A stretch of 45,513 nucleotides of DNA, taken from NCBI GenBank assembly GCA_050331235.1, contig JBHJHA010000002.1, positions 1 to 45,513 on the forward strand. The letters are read 5' to 3'. The stretch comes from Leptolyngbyaceae cyanobacterium (GTDB lineage Bacteria; Cyanobacteriota; Cyanobacteriia; Phormidesmidales; Phormidesmidaceae). This document shows, in pieces, positions 9,523 to 20,486 of the stretch (its first letter is position 1; each line of letters begins with the position of its first letter). The position numbers and the translations under genes are program-made. The notes beneath the pieces are model-generated. The model searched no databases. It was given only the letters and a program-made list of their open reading frames with translations, and was not told where the DNA came from.

Positions 9523-10353
9523 TTACATTGCTGCGGGCTGTAAGTTTAAGACCTGGTTGAGTTTGCCGCTGCGATAGCCCTCTAAATCGAGGGTGACATA
9601 GGTAAAGCCAAAGGTCTGGAAGGCCGTGACTAAAGCGGGCAAATCTGTAGACTGCACAAAGGCAACGATCTCCGCTGGTGGCAACTCAATGCGTGCAGTG
9701 TCGCCGACTGAGCGCACCCGCAGGTTGCGGTGTCCGAGCTGACGTAGATAGCGCTCACACCGAGCAACCCGCTGCAGCTTCTCAGGAGTAATGGACTCGC
9801 CATAGGGAAAGCGGGAACTTAAGCAGGGCTGCGCTGGTTTATCCCACCAGGGTAGGGCTAGCGATCGCGATATTTCCCTCACTTCTAATTTGCTGATGCC
9901 AACTTCGGCTAAGGGCGATCGCGCTCCCCGCTCTTTAGCCGCTTGAATGCCCGGTCGGTAGTCATGGAGGTCATCGGCATTGACGCCATCAACCACGTAA
10001 GGATAACCGCGTTTTAAGGCTAAGGGTTTGAGCGTATCGTGAAGTTCGCTCTTGCAAAAGTAACAGCGATTGGCCGGATTGCTGGTGTAGTGGGGATTAT
10101 CCATTTCATGGGTTTGCACAATTTCGTGGGTGATCCCAATGGCAATGGCCTGGGTTTTGGCATCCTCGAGATCTTCCGGCATGAGCGAGGGGGAGTCAGC
10201 GGTGACAGCCAAGGCACGATCGCTTAGTACGTCATAGGCGACTTGGGCGATCAAAGTGCTATCAATGCCTCCCGAATAGGCAATCAGAGCTCGATCCATA
10301 TCGGCAAACAGTGCTCTGAGTGCGGCCAGTTTATCCATCTCGCTAATTCCCAT
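9523..10353 (-). CDS. larE: LarE-family ATP-dependent sacrificial sulfur transferase
   Basis: PP-loop AYSGGIDS, RCYFCK, DYRPG, PCLSSRFPYG, LDLEGYRSG. Confidence 0.9.
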   Translation of the reverse strand: MGISEMDKLAALRALFADMDRALIAYSGGIDSTLIAQVAYDVLSDRALAVTADSPSLMPEDLEDAKTQAIAIGITHEIVQTHEMDNPHYTSNPANRCYFCKSELHDTLKPLALKRGYPYVVDGVNADDLHDYRPGIQAAKERGARSPLAEVGISKLEVREISRSLALPWWDKPAQPCLSSRFPYGESITPEKLQRVARCERYLRQLGHRNLRVRSVGDTARIELPPAEIVAFVQSTDLPALVTAFQTFGFTYVTLDLEGYRSGKLNQVLNLQPAAM

Positions 10354-10439
10354 GAGTAATCCCTTGACCAGGTTAGCGAAATCCGGTCGGGCTTGTCGCT
10401 ACGGCTGGATCGCCACTGACGAACCTTAGCGTCGATGGG

Positions 10440-11795
10440 TTAAAGGCTGAGATATTCCCCGTAGATCCAGTTGCCGTCTACGAGTTCGTACCAGCCATTT
10501 TCTGTATTGCCGGTGAGGGTAACGGTGTCGCCGTCAGAGACAAATCCCGCTAAATCAAATTCGAGCCCCGGCCCTGTAAAAGCGATCGCGTCCGTGCCGT
10601 CGGTGGTTGTCACCGTTGCCTGCTGCCCGCCGGGAGAAGGAATGGGATTGTCTGGATCGGGGTTAGAGGGGTCGGTAGTACTGTCGCCGCCGCCATTATT
10701 GCCACCAGGGTCAGCGATGGCTCCGCTACTGTAGAGCACCTCTTGGGTGCGGACATCGGCGACGCCATTGGTGGTGAGGCCGTTGCGACCTTGAAAATTC
10801 CGGACAGCGGTTTCAGTATCGAAATCAAAGTAGTTGTCAGGAATCAGACCACGGAAATAATTGAGGTTCTGAAGGCGCTCTTCGAGGATGAGTACGTCGG
10901 GATTGCGATCGCCGATGCGAAGTTCTTGGTATTGCGGATTGGGCGGTGGCTGCACCGATGGATTAGCAATGGCACTAGGGCTGTCAAGCACCCTGCGCGT
11001 TTCTGGATCGGCCACGCCATTCACTGGTAATCCATTCCGACTCTGAAAATTGCTAACTGCCTGCTCAGTATCGGTGCCGTAGTAGGTATCAGCAATGAAG
11101 TTACTGGTGACATAGTTGAGCTCCCGCAGGCGCACCTCTAGCTCGACTACCAATGGGCTAGTCATGCCAACCCGGAGACTGATGGCTGTCGTAGGGGGCG
11201 GCAATGGCGTTACTGGCGTCCCCATCTGGATTAGGTTGCCGGCCACCCAACTGCGATCGCTGAGCTGCGCCCAGCCATGCTCGTAATAGCCGGTAAGGGT
11301 GATGGCAGTGCCGGGGGCTAAAGTGTTGACTACGGGGTACCGAATGCCGGGCCCACTGCGAATATTGACATTGACACTACCGGCAATAAAAGCTGTGGTC
11401 GCACCACCGTAGCTGCCCCCGCTGACCGGCACAGAGTTGATCAGGTTGCCGGCCACCCAACTCCGGTCGGCAAGCTGCGCCCAGCCATGTTCGTAGTAAC
11501 CCGTGGTCGTAATCGGGGTGCCGCGCTGCAGGGTATTAACCGCTGGATATTGTGTCCCAGGCCCACTGCGAATATTAAGGTTGTAGCCCGGCGGCGGCGC
11601 TACGTACGCCGTCCCAGCGGGAGGAAACACCCTTGCCTGTAGAGTCGGGCTCACTAAGACCAGCACAATCGCTCCGACCAGTGCTACCCCCGACTGTCGG
11701 ATCGCAGCCTGATAGACGAATTCCACCCCAGCGTTTGGCGAGGCTGAGGCAATACTATCGGTAAGCGTTGAGTGCGATCGCGTGAGATGATTCAC
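10440..11795 (-). CDS. Secreted SH3b and peptidoglycan-binding domain protein (SH3-SH3-PGB-PGB-SH3)
   Basis: Two NIRSGPG..YP.VNTL..GWAQL.DRSWVAG repeats; two AV.NFQ.RNGL..NGVAD repeats; C-terminal ENGWYEL; start uncertain. Confidence 0.88.
   Translation of the reverse strand: MNHLTRSHSTLTDSIASASPNAGVEFVYQAAIRQSGVALVGAIVLVLVSPTLQARVFPPAGTAYVAPPPGYNLNIRSGPGTQYPAVNTLQRGTPITTTGYYEHGWAQLADRSWVAGNLINSVPVSGGSYGGATTAFIAGSVNVNIRSGPGIRYPVVNTLAPGTAITLTGYYEHGWAQLSDRSWVAGNLIQMGTPVTPLPPPTTAISLRVGMTSPLVVELEVRLRELNYVTSNFIADTYYGTDTEQAVSNFQSRNGLPVNGVADPETRRVLDSPSAIANPSVQPPPNPQYQELRIGDRNPDVLILEERLQNLNYFRGLIPDNYFDFDTETAVRNFQGRNGLTTNGVADVRTQEVLYSSGAIADPGGNNGGGDSTTDPSNPDPDNPIPSPGGQQATVTTTDGTDAIAFTGPGLEFDLAGFVSDGDTVTLTGNTENGWYELVDGNWIYGEYLSL
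11233..11576. repeat. Intragenic duplication with 210-bp period (two SH3b domains)
   Basis: AGGTTGCCGGCCACCCAACT at 11233 and 11443; GGCCCACTGCGAATATT at 11350 and 11560. Confidence 0.85.
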
Positions 11796-12229
11796 GACAA
11801 TATCGAAGGGTATCTACGGGAGTGCGGGATGAAGACATGCAGGCGCTCGGAAAACCCGGGTAGCTCCTTCCCAGTGGGAAACATAATGGGGTTTGACTTG
11901 ACCCGAACTAGGGTTACCTAGAGCTTACTCTAAACCCTATTGAAACCGGGAATTTTGCTGAATTTTGCTGGCTTTTGCACCGTTCTGCCGTCGAGCGGGC
12001 GCAGAGACGGAGAGCCAAAGTTGTCCATACAGTCGAAATTCGTCTCACAATGGCATAAAATTTGTGAGCTTTCTGAGTTGGCTCTCATGGTCAATCCTCC
12101 ACCTTGGAGGAGTAATCAGTCGAAGGGGTTAGGGGCTTCCCATCGAAGTCGCGAATGTCCCGACACCCATGGACGGTGAAAGCTGTCACTGACATCAGCG
12201 AAATAGTCGAGTCATCTAGGTTTTGAGCG

Positions 12230-13027
12230 GTGGAGCCCAATTTTTACGAGCCGATTGACGACATTCCCGAAGCCCAGCGAGACGGCGTGGTCTCTGTCGG
12301 CAGCGGCAAGGGCAATCGCTATCGCCGCTGGCTAATTTGGTTTTTGGTCGGCTTATTGAGCGCGATCGCTGGACTCGTCGTTTCTTGGCTCACCTATCCC
12401 GCCGCCGAAGCGGTAGATCCAGTACCCTTACAGTCCCTCCCGCCGATCACCCTTGCTGATCCGCTAACCAACACATTGATCAGTACCGAGACGCTTGGGG
12501 AGGACCCAGCCGCCGGCGATCGCCCCCTGCTGCTTGGCCACCGAGCCTACGAGGAAGCAGAGCCGTCAGACCTGGTTTCGCTCACTTACAACAGTGGGAT
12601 TTTGATGCGACCTGAGGCGGCGGCAAGCTTCGAGGCGATGGTGGCAGCGGCGGCGAATCAGGGCATTTATCTGGTTCCTATTTCGGGCTTTCGCACTGTC
12701 GAAGATCAGAACTTCCTGTTTTTTGAGATCAAGGCGGAACGGGGCCAAACAGCCTCTACTCGAGCTGAGGTGAGTGCTCCCCCAGGTTACAGCGAGCATC
12801 ACACAGGCTACGCGGTTGATATTGGCGATGCCGATCAACCTGCCACCCATCTCAGCGTCGATTTTGAAACGACTGCAGCCTTTCGCTGGTTAGAAGATAA
12901 TGCGCCCCGCTACAGTTTTGAGCTGTCGTTTCCCGAAGGCAATCCGCAAGGCGTGCAGTACGAACCCTGGCATTGGCGGTTTGTCGGCAACTCCGAAAGT
13001 TTGGAAACCTTTTATCAGGCCCGCTAA
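12230..13027 (+). CDS. D-alanyl-D-alanine carboxypeptidase (VanY, M15B)
   Basis: SGFRT, SAPPGYSEHHTGYAVD, YEPWHWRFVG; N-terminal TM. Confidence 0.93.
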   Translation: MEPNFYEPIDDIPEAQRDGVVSVGSGKGNRYRRWLIWFLVGLLSAIAGLVVSWLTYPAAEAVDPVPLQSLPPITLADPLTNTLISTETLGEDPAAGDRPLLLGHRAYEEAEPSDLVSLTYNSGILMRPEAAASFEAMVAAAANQGIYLVPISGFRTVEDQNFLFFEIKAERGQTASTRAEVSAPPGYSEHHTGYAVDIGDADQPATHLSVDFETTAAFRWLEDNAPRYSFELSFPEGNPQGVQYEPWHWRFVGNSESLETFYQAR

Positions 13028-13225
13028 GCTAGAGGCACTGCCAGTTACACCCACTCTTTACCATTGGTCAGGGTGTGGGTTGAGGCGTTCAAACGCCTGG
13101 TCTGCGGTGGTCAGGGTGCTGCGCCATCGATAGAAGCTATCGGAGCTGACCGGAGCTCGGCGGCATAGGCGATCGCATTGTCTACGGAAAATTTTGGGAC
13201 CGGTGATGTTTAGGAGTGCTCAAGC

Positions 13226-13921
13226 ATGGGACAACAAACGCTGAATGTCGTTGCCATCACTATCTTTGTGGTGACGATGGGGATGTTGGTTGGTCCGCTC
13301 ATCGACCTGCCTCAGGTGGTGCCCGTGGTGGCGATCGCTGTACTCCTGACCATCGCTACGGTCGACCAGGCTAGCTTGAATGGCACCATTGGTAACCTGC
13401 TCATGGGTGGGATGAAACAGTTTTCAGAAGAGGAACGCGCGCGTATCGTTCGCCATGAGGCTGGGCATTTTCTGGTAGCGTACCTGCTTGATATTCCCAT
13501 TTCGGACTACACCCTGAGTGCGTGGGACGCTTGGAAAAAAGGCATGCCCGGCTTAGGCGGGGTGCAGTTTGACACAGCTGACCTAGATGCCACCTTAAAG
13601 ACAGGACAGCTCCCAGCACAGACTTTGAACCGCTACTGCACGGTCTGGATGGCCGGGATCGCCGCTGAGCAACTCGTATATGGCCAGGCGCAAGGCGGGC
13701 GAGACGACCGGCAGAAATTTTCCATTCTGTGGCAGCAGCTCCAGCGTCCCCTGCAAGAAGGCCAGATCCGACAGCGCTGGGCGACACTGCAGGCGCGATC
13801 GCTGTTGGAAAAGCATTTAGATGCCTATGAGTCTCTGGTGGCAGCGATGTCATCTGATCGTCCGGTCGCTGAATGTCTGGATCTGCTCAAAGCCCAGGTA
13901 GCCACAGCGCCAGCCAGTTGA
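13226..13921 (+). CDS. Membrane-anchored Zn protease with FtsH-like M41 domain but no AAA domain
   Basis: Two TM segments, RIVRHEAGHFLVAYLL, MAGIAAE. Confidence 0.85.
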   Translation: MGQQTLNVVAITIFVVTMGMLVGPLIDLPQVVPVVAIAVLLTIATVDQASLNGTIGNLLMGGMKQFSEEERARIVRHEAGHFLVAYLLDIPISDYTLSAWDAWKKGMPGLGGVQFDTADLDATLKTGQLPAQTLNRYCTVWMAGIAAEQLVYGQAQGGRDDRQKFSILWQQLQRPLQEGQIRQRWATLQARSLLEKHLDAYESLVAAMSSDRPVAECLDLLKAQVATAPAS

Positions 13922-14260
13922 AGCGTTGACTGATCTTGAGCAGCGACCCTGGACACCCTATGGCCCGACTGATGGAAACTTTGGGGCGATTGGCTGCGAC
14001 AGTTCTGGGAATTGATATGAGATGCGAGACTCAACTCAAGCTTTAACCTTCTAGATAATTCATTTTGGTAGGGTCATCCTCAGCTAAGATAAATATCTAT
14101 GTGAAGAATAGACCTAGGTTTAGGGTGTTCATAGATTATGTGATTGGTTGCGAGGGGCTATGCCGTGGCGGTGAGGGTTGTCACTTAGCTTTTCAGGATG
14201 GGTATGCTCTGTTAGGGTTGCTGATAAATCACAATCCTACGAGTTCAGACTCTTTCCCGC

Positions 14261-15025
14261 ATGACTGGTGAGAGATTGAAGACGATGAATAACCGTATTC
14301 CGGTACAGATCTTGGCAGACTTTACGACCGTCGTTCCCGGTGAACTGCGGATCATCACAAGTGATATTGCTGCGCGTCCCATGAGCTTTATCAATGAGGG
14401 TGAGCGCCAAGGGTTTGAGCCGGCTTTGACCCGCATTGTTTGTAATCACCTAGATCTCACGCCCCAGTGGTTTAGTTTGCCCCTCAAGCGTTTTTATCCG
14501 GCCCTCGCAATGGGTCACTATGACGTCATTTGGTTTAACCAAGTCATTACTCAGGAGCGTCGCTCCCGAGCGGACTTTACTCGGCCCTATGGCCGCTTTG
14601 ATACGGCGGTGTTAGTGCGAGAGGATGCTGAGATTACCCGAAGGGAGGACCTCAGTCGCAGGCGCATCGGTGTGTTGCGGGAAAGTGTTAGCACTCAACT
14701 TTTGGAGCAGCTGCCACCGGATATTGAGCCCATTTACTTTGAGGGTAGTGCGCCGGTCGCGATGGAAATGCTCCAGGGGCTTCGCGAAGGACACATCGAC
14801 GCCATTATTGAAGACTCGCTTATCCTGATGGCTACGGAAGCCCAGGGGACAGGGGTAAGGGTCGCATTTGAAATTACTTCTCAGCACCCGTTTGGGGTAG
14901 CGGTACTACCAGGCAACCGAGAGCTCTTAGAGGCTCTAAACGCAGTACTCAACCGCCTGATGATTGATGGCACTCTTAAGCGTCTGTGGGGGCAGTGGAT
15001 TCCCTTCAAGGCCTATCCGTTCTAG
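14261..15025 (+). CDS. Polar amino-acid substrate-binding protein (SBP family 3)
   Basis: GFE, ITQERRSRADFTRPY, IDAII, LMIDGTLKRLWGQW; no signal peptide seen. Confidence 0.85.
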   Translation: MTGERLKTMNNRIPVQILADFTTVVPGELRIITSDIAARPMSFINEGERQGFEPALTRIVCNHLDLTPQWFSLPLKRFYPALAMGHYDVIWFNQVITQERRSRADFTRPYGRFDTAVLVREDAEITRREDLSRRRIGVLRESVSTQLLEQLPPDIEPIYFEGSAPVAMEMLQGLREGHIDAIIEDSLILMATEAQGTGVRVAFEITSQHPFGVAVLPGNRELLEALNAVLNRLMIDGTLKRLWGQWIPFKAYPF

Positions 15026-15061
15026 GGATTTTCCAGAGTGGGATCGAGGCATGACCCGCGG

Positions 15062-16417
15062 CTAGGCCGTCACCGGTAGCAGGGGCGTGCCCGTCAAGCT
15101 AAAAGCACGGACTTCTGTGATTTTGACGGGTACCAGCTGGCCTTTGAGGGTTTCGATGTCTCCGGCGAAAAAGGTCAGGCGGTTGCCGCGGGTGCGCCCC
15201 ATTACCTGGGCCGGGTTGCGGGGGTTGATGGCTTCTACCAGGACTTCTTCGACCCGATCCGCATAGCGAAAAGACCGCTCCGCAGCCTTTTGATTGACGA
15301 GGTGATTGAGCCGCTGGAGGCGATCGCGCTTCACAGTTTCACTGAGCTGATGATCCCAGAGGGCTGCTGGCGTATTGGGCCGGGGCGAATACGCCGCAGT
15401 ATTAAGCTGATCGAAGCCAATGTCCTCCACGAGCCGCAGCGTATTCTGAAACTGTTCCTCGGTTTCGCCAGGAAAGCCGACGATTGCATCAGCGCTGATA
15501 GCCGCGTCGGGCATATATTCGCGAATGGTGTGAATTATGCGGCGATATTTTTCGTGGGTGTAGCCCCGGGCCATGGCCTTGAGCAAATCATTATCCCCTG
15601 ACTGGAACGGGATATGAAAATGCTCACAGACTTTGGGTAATTCTCGACAAGCTTTGATTAAGCGTTCGGTGAAATAGCGGGGATGGCTAGTGGCAAAGCG
15701 GATGCGCTCAATCCCTGGCACGTTATGAATGTAGTAGAGCAAGTCAGTTAGGGTGTTTTGTCGCCGCCCTTCAGCGGTGATGCCAGGCAGGTCGCGTCCA
15801 TAGGCATCGATGTTTTGGCCTAGCAGGGTAACTTCTTTAAAGCCCTGACGACTCAGATCTTCAATTTCGGCGCGAATGGCCTCGGGGGTGCGGGACTGCT
15901 CAGCCCCCCGTACGCCTGGAACTACGCAATAGGTACAGCGCTCATTACAGCCGTAGATGACATTGACCCAAGCGGTGACCTCACTGTCGCGGCGGGGTTT
16001 GGTGATGTCTTCCATAATGTGTACGGCCTCAGTCGCGACGACCTGGTGACCATTCATCACCTGCTCTAGCAGGTCCTGGAGGCGATTGGCGTGCTGGGGA
16101 CCCATGACCAAATCCAACTCGGGGACGCGGCGCAGCAGGGCTTCCCCTTCTTGTTGGGCTACGCAACCCGCCACAATCAGCGTGAGGTCAGGCTTTTCCT
16201 GTTTGCGCTTGGCCTGGCGTCCCAGATAGGAGTAGACCTTTTGCTCGGCGTTATCGCGAATGGTGCAGGTGTTGTACAGCACGACATCTGCCTCTAAGGG
16301 ATTTTCTTCCCACTGCAACCCCATAGTCTCCAAGATGCCGGCCATCCGTTCGGAGTCGGCTTTATTCATTTGGCAACCAAAGGTGGTGACGTGATAGCGA
16401 CGGGGAGCAGTAGACAT
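15062..16417 (-). CDS. miaB: tRNA i6A37 methylthiotransferase
   Basis: [23 protein letters not shown], radical SAM motif CNERCTYC, C-terminal TRAM domain. Confidence 0.97.
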   Translation of the reverse strand: MSTAPRRYHVTTFGCQMNKADSERMAGILETMGLQWEENPLEADVVLYNTCTIRDNAEQKVYSYLGRQAKRKQEKPDLTLIVAGCVAQQEGEALLRRVPELDLVMGPQHANRLQDLLEQVMNGHQVVATEAVHIMEDITKPRRDSEVTAWVNVIYGCNERCTYCVVPGVRGAEQSRTPEAIRAEIEDLSRQGFKEVTLLGQNIDAYGRDLPGITAEGRRQNTLTDLLYYIHNVPGIERIRFATSHPRYFTERLIKACRELPKVCEHFHIPFQSGDNDLLKAMARGYTHEKYRRIIHTIREYMPDAAISADAIVGFPGETEEQFQNTLRLVEDIGFDQLNTAAYSPRPNTPAALWDHQLSETVKRDRLQRLNHLVNQKAAERSFRYADRVEEVLVEAINPRNPAQVMGRTRGNRLTFFAGDIETLKGQLVPVKITEVRAFSLTGTPLLPVTA

Positions 16418-16613
16418 GACAGGTACAAAAATTGGGCGATCGCAGCAATCTTAGATGTTACCGCGATTATCCATTGTCTGTGAAGCTTGAGAATAAGGTT
16501 CGATCTTTGAGGATAAGTGAATTAAGGAAAAGTCAGCGCCGGCAAGCGGCTCCAGTGCTCTATAGCCAATTAGATTTAGGATGGTTGGGTATTGCGGTAG
16601 AGAGGTTTCCGCT

Positions 16614-17513
16614 ATGGGCAAGCAGGCTCCTGAGTTGATTATTGCCGCTCTGATTGTCGCGGCCTTAATTATCTTGGCGTTGGATAATGCAACACCGGTC
16701 TTGGCGCTGACCTTTTTAGGCTGGCAATCTGTGTCGTTGCCGTTGGGAGTGTGGCTAGCGGGCGCGATCGCCCTAGGCTCACTCACCGGCATCGTTTTGC
16801 TAACTCTGACTGAAGTCGGGGCGCCGACTCGGCGACCCGGCCGTCGCCGCTGGACGGTGCGCCCCGATATGCCCCCCCACCCGGATGCGGGTCGCTCCGG
16901 CGACGGGACTTCCCAGCCGCGCCAGCCGCGCTGGCCAGGGCGATCGCCCCAGGAGTTTTTTCGCCGCGAGCCTCGGTCTCAAGACCCGCCGCGGGAGTCG
17001 CCGCGTCCAGAACCGTTCTCCCAATCGGGGGCATCGTCGCCTAGCCCTGCCGTCGCGGCTGAAGATTGGCAAGCTTGGGGCCAGCGCCGTAAGCCCAGTG
17101 ATTGGCAAGATTGGTCAGAGGCTAGTGGTAATCGCCCCCACGAGGAAAACCTAGACCGTCGCCAACGGCGCGATCGCGATCATGCTGAAGCTACCATTCA
17201 CAACTTAGACGGAGGCTGGGACGAGTCCGCCCAAGATACGGTTTATGTGGCCCCCGGCGGTAGCGATATCGACGATGTGCTCGACGACATTGCCGATGGT
17301 TGGGATGATTGGGACTCGGACGACGTCCCTGCCGACACGGCTTATGCCCAGCGGTTCGACGGAGGTGAACGCGACACCCGCCGTGACGCTATCTACGCGC
17401 CGCCGGATGCCGCGACTGGAGATGACACAGTCTACGATGCCGACTATCGGGTCATCATTCCTCCTAATCGGTCCCTTGATGATGATGAGAATAAGGGCGA
17501 TCGCGCTTCCTAA
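16614..17513 (+). CDS. LapA-like membrane protein with long disordered acidic C-terminus
   Basis: Two TM segments with N..PVL.LTFLGWQS.SLPLGVW; tail VYDADYRVIIPP; start at ATG 16614. Confidence 0.75.
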   Translation: MGKQAPELIIAALIVAALIILALDNATPVLALTFLGWQSVSLPLGVWLAGAIALGSLTGIVLLTLTEVGAPTRRPGRRRWTVRPDMPPHPDAGRSGDGTSQPRQPRWPGRSPQEFFRREPRSQDPPRESPRPEPFSQSGASSPSPAVAAEDWQAWGQRRKPSDWQDWSEASGNRPHEENLDRRQRRDRDHAEATIHNLDGGWDESAQDTVYVAPGGSDIDDVLDDIADGWDDWDSDDVPADTAYAQRFDGGERDTRRDAIYAPPDAATGDDTVYDADYRVIIPPNRSLDDDENKGDRAS

Positions 17514-17561
17514 ATTTTGGTACGGTAATGCCAGCTTGAGGACTTCATTAGGCGGGAACCC

Positions 17562-18137
17562 ATGCCAGATCCGACGGATCTTGATCTATTAAGAGGCGCC
17601 AATCTTTATCTGGTGGGCATGATGGGGGTGGGGAAATCGACCATCGGCCGCCTAGCGGCCCAGCGCATGGGCTACCGATTTGTGGATACCGATACGGTAA
17701 TTGAGCAGGCGGCCCAGCAGTCAATTGCGGAAATTTTTGCGGCGGCGGGGGAGACGGCCTTTCGAGAGTTGGAAAGTCAGATTCTCAGTCAGCTCTCGCC
17801 GTATTCGCGCATGGTGGTGGCCACTGGGGGCGGTATCGTGCTGGACCAAGAAAACTGGTGGCATCTACGTCAGGGGGTCGTGGTCTGGCTAGATGTCTCT
17901 GTGGCTGAGTTGGTGCGTCGACTCCAGGGGGATACCCGCCGCCCGCTGCTCAAGCGGCCTGACTGGCAAACCCATGTGGCCAATTTGCTGAATGAACGTC
18001 AGCAGCGCTACGCTGAGGCCGACATTCGGTTAACGGTGCAGCCGGGGGAGCCTAAAGATGCTGTGTGCGATCGCTTGATTGCGGCCCTTCAAGCGCGGAT
18101 CCTGCCACCGCCGACCCTGATGCCCCCTGACGGTTGA
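17562..18137 (+). CDS. aroK: Shikimate kinase
   Basis: GMMGVGKST, FVDTD, GETAFRELE, VATGGG, RPLL. Confidence 0.95.
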   Translation: MPDPTDLDLLRGANLYLVGMMGVGKSTIGRLAAQRMGYRFVDTDTVIEQAAQQSIAEIFAAAGETAFRELESQILSQLSPYSRMVVATGGGIVLDQENWWHLRQGVVVWLDVSVAELVRRLQGDTRRPLLKRPDWQTHVANLLNERQQRYAEADIRLTVQPGEPKDAVCDRLIAALQARILPPPTLMPPDG

Positions 18138-18167
18138 TACACTACGGTAGCTGTCGGAGCTGAAAAC

Positions 18168-19070
18168 ATGACTAACCTGACCGAATCACAACCCGGAGTG
18201 ATGGGCACGGATGCTGACCGCGTGCGGATCTTGAGCGAGGCACTGCCCTACATTCAGCAGTTTCGTGGGCGCACGGTAGTGGTGAAATACGGGGGGGCCG
18301 CGATGCGAGAGGGCACCCTCAAGGCTGGTGTGGTTCGTGACATCGTTTTCATGGCCTGTGTGGGCATTCGGCCGGTGGTGGTCCATGGGGGCGGACCGGA
18401 GATTAATACCTGGCTCACGAAGCTCAACATTGAGCCGCAGTTCAAGGATGGGCTGCGGGTGACGGATGCCCAGACTATGGACGTAGTGGAGATGGTGCTG
18501 GTAGGGCGGGTCAATAAGGAATTGGTTTCGCTGATCAATCAGGCGGGCGGCAAGGCGGTAGGGCTCTGTGGCAAGGACGGCAATCTGATTACTGCTCGTC
18601 CCCAGGGAGACGTTGATGTCGGCTTTGTTGGAGATGTGACCAACGTGGAGCCGGGTTTGGTTAAGTCGCTAGTGGCCGACGGCTATATTCCCGTGATTTC
18701 GAGTGTGGCTTCTGATGAAACGGGACAAGCTTACAACATCAATGCGGATACGGTGGCAGGAGAGCTCGCGGCGGCGTTGAATGCGGAAAAGCTAATTTTA
18801 CTGACGGATACTCGCGGTATTTTACGAAACTATAAGGATCCCAGTACGTTGATTCCTAAGCTGGATATCAAGCAGGCTCGGGCATTGATTGATGAGGGGA
18901 TTGTCGCTGGAGGTATGATCCCGAAGGTGAAATGCTGTGTGCGATCGCTGGCTCAGGGCGTGGGGGCGACTCACATTTTGGATGGTCGGGTCAACCATGC
19001 GTTGCTGTTGGAAATTTTTAGTGATACGGGCATTGGTTCGATGTTGGTGGCGTCGGAGTTTTCACAATAG
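18168..19070 (+). CDS. argB: Acetylglutamate kinase
   Basis: [41 protein letters not shown]. Confidence 0.97.
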   Translation: MTNLTESQPGVMGTDADRVRILSEALPYIQQFRGRTVVVKYGGAAMREGTLKAGVVRDIVFMACVGIRPVVVHGGGPEINTWLTKLNIEPQFKDGLRVTDAQTMDVVEMVLVGRVNKELVSLINQAGGKAVGLCGKDGNLITARPQGDVDVGFVGDVTNVEPGLVKSLVADGYIPVISSVASDETGQAYNINADTVAGELAAALNAEKLILLTDTRGILRNYKDPSTLIPKLDIKQARALIDEGIVAGGMIPKVKCCVRSLAQGVGATHILDGRVNHALLLEIFSDTGIGSMLVASEFSQ

Positions 19071-19353
19071 CCAGCAGCAGCGAGGGCTGGCGGAGCGGGT
19101 CCGCTCGGTCGAATTGACAGATTGAATGAGTGATGGCCGGGCTGACTGGGGGAAAGCGAAATTTCCCCCAATCAGCCATCAACCAGGACGCCCCGCCGTC
19201 CTGGACCTCGCGGAAGACATTATTGGTTGCGTCGGAGGGCGATCGCTCGGTGTGACGCCTGGCTGTGTCGATGCCAGCGATATAACCTGCCGGTCAGCGG
19301 CAGAACTTTTTAGAATTAAAACTGTAAAGAGAGAAAAGTGGTGTGAGCGAACT

Positions 19354-19644
19354 GTGGCATCTGAGCAGGTCGATGAGTGCCCGCTGTGTGGTCGTTGGGT
19401 CAAGCTGACCTTTCATCATCTCATTCCTAAAAAGCTACACCGGCGCACTCGGTTTAAGAAGACGTACTCTAAGGCTGAGCTTAACCAAGGGGTGTGGGTT
19501 TGCCGGTTATGTCACAACGGCATTCATGATCATTACGATGAAATGGCCCTGGCTAAAGGGTTTCGAACGTTTGACAATCTTAAAAATGACCCAAAGATTC
19601 AGCGGCATTCGGAGTGGGTTGCAAAGCAGAAAGTGAAACGCTAA
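19354..19644 (+). CDS. Small HNH-like Zn-binding protein
   Basis: CPLCGR..LTFHHLIPK..CRLCHNGIH; start placed at GTG 19354 because the upstream ORF extension looks non-coding. Confidence 0.75.
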   Translation: MASEQVDECPLCGRWVKLTFHHLIPKKLHRRTRFKKTYSKAELNQGVWVCRLCHNGIHDHYDEMALAKGFRTFDNLKNDPKIQRHSEWVAKQKVKR

Positions 19645-19691
19645 GGGTGAGCTAATCGTAAACTGGGAAAGGTTCTGTGGCGATCGCGATA

Positions 19692-20486
19692 ATGGCTGAC
19701 TCTCTGGCGGCAATGACAATTTTGGTGACCCGTTCGGCTGGGCAGTTGAGTCAGTTTTCAGAGCTGCTGCGATCCGCAGGGGCCCAGGTGATGGAAATGC
19801 CGGCGTTGGAGATTCGCGCCCCCTCGACGTGGCAACCTTTAGATGCGGCCATTAGCCAACTGTCTACGTTTGACTGGCTGATTTTGACGTCGGCCAATGC
19901 GGTTAGGTATTTTTGCGATCGCCTGGCGGTGGTGGGCCGACTTCAGGATCTACAATCGCTGCAGCTTGCGGTGGTGGGTAAAAAAACTGCAGCGATCGCC
20001 CAGCAATATGGGCTGACTCCAACGTTTACTCCCCCGGATTTTGTGGCCGATGCCCTGGTGACGCACTTTCCGGAGCCGGTGGCTGGCCGCAAGCTCCTGT
20101 TTCCTCGGGTAGTAAGTGGGGGGCGTGAAGTGCTAGTGCAAGCGATGACGGCGGCGGGAGCGGTCGTCGCGGAGGTGCCAGCCTATGAATCGGGCTGTCC
20201 GGCGATCGCCTGTCCCGAGGCCATATCCGCTTTACAATCTGGGCAGATTCAAATCATTACCTTTGCGAGTTCTAAAACGGTGCGCCACACTGGCCGGCTG
20301 TTGCAGCAGGCTTTTGGAGAAACTTGGCTGCAGGTGCTAGAGACGGTGGCGATCGCCTCTATCGGCCCCAAAACGTCGGCCACCTGTCAAGACTTGTTGG
20401 GGCGTGTGGATATTGAGGCTGAGGAATATACGCTCGAAGGGCTGACTGAGGCAATCACACAATGGGCCAGCGCATTATCGGACTGA
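19692..20486 (+). CDS. hemD: Uroporphyrinogen-III synthase
   Basis: ILVTR, FDWLILTSANAV, VVGKKTA, FASSKTV, SIGPKTS. Confidence 0.93.
   Translation: MADSLAAMTILVTRSAGQLSQFSELLRSAGAQVMEMPALEIRAPSTWQPLDAAISQLSTFDWLILTSANAVRYFCDRLAVVGRLQDLQSLQLAVVGKKTAAIAQQYGLTPTFTPPDFVADALVTHFPEPVAGRKLLFPRVVSGGREVLVQAMTAAGAVVAEVPAYESGCPAIACPEAISALQSGQIQIITFASSKTVRHTGRLLQQAFGETWLQVLETVAIASIGPKTSATCQDLLGRVDIEAEEYTLEGLTEAITQWASALSD

Noticed and set aside
15062..16417. Radical SAM enzyme as the peptide maturase
   Set aside because: It is clearly MiaB, a tRNA enzyme 17 kb away in housekeeping context
19126..19353. N-terminal extension of the HNH-like ORF
   Set aside because: Runs through strong hairpins and shows no protein-like motif; the conserved part begins near 19354
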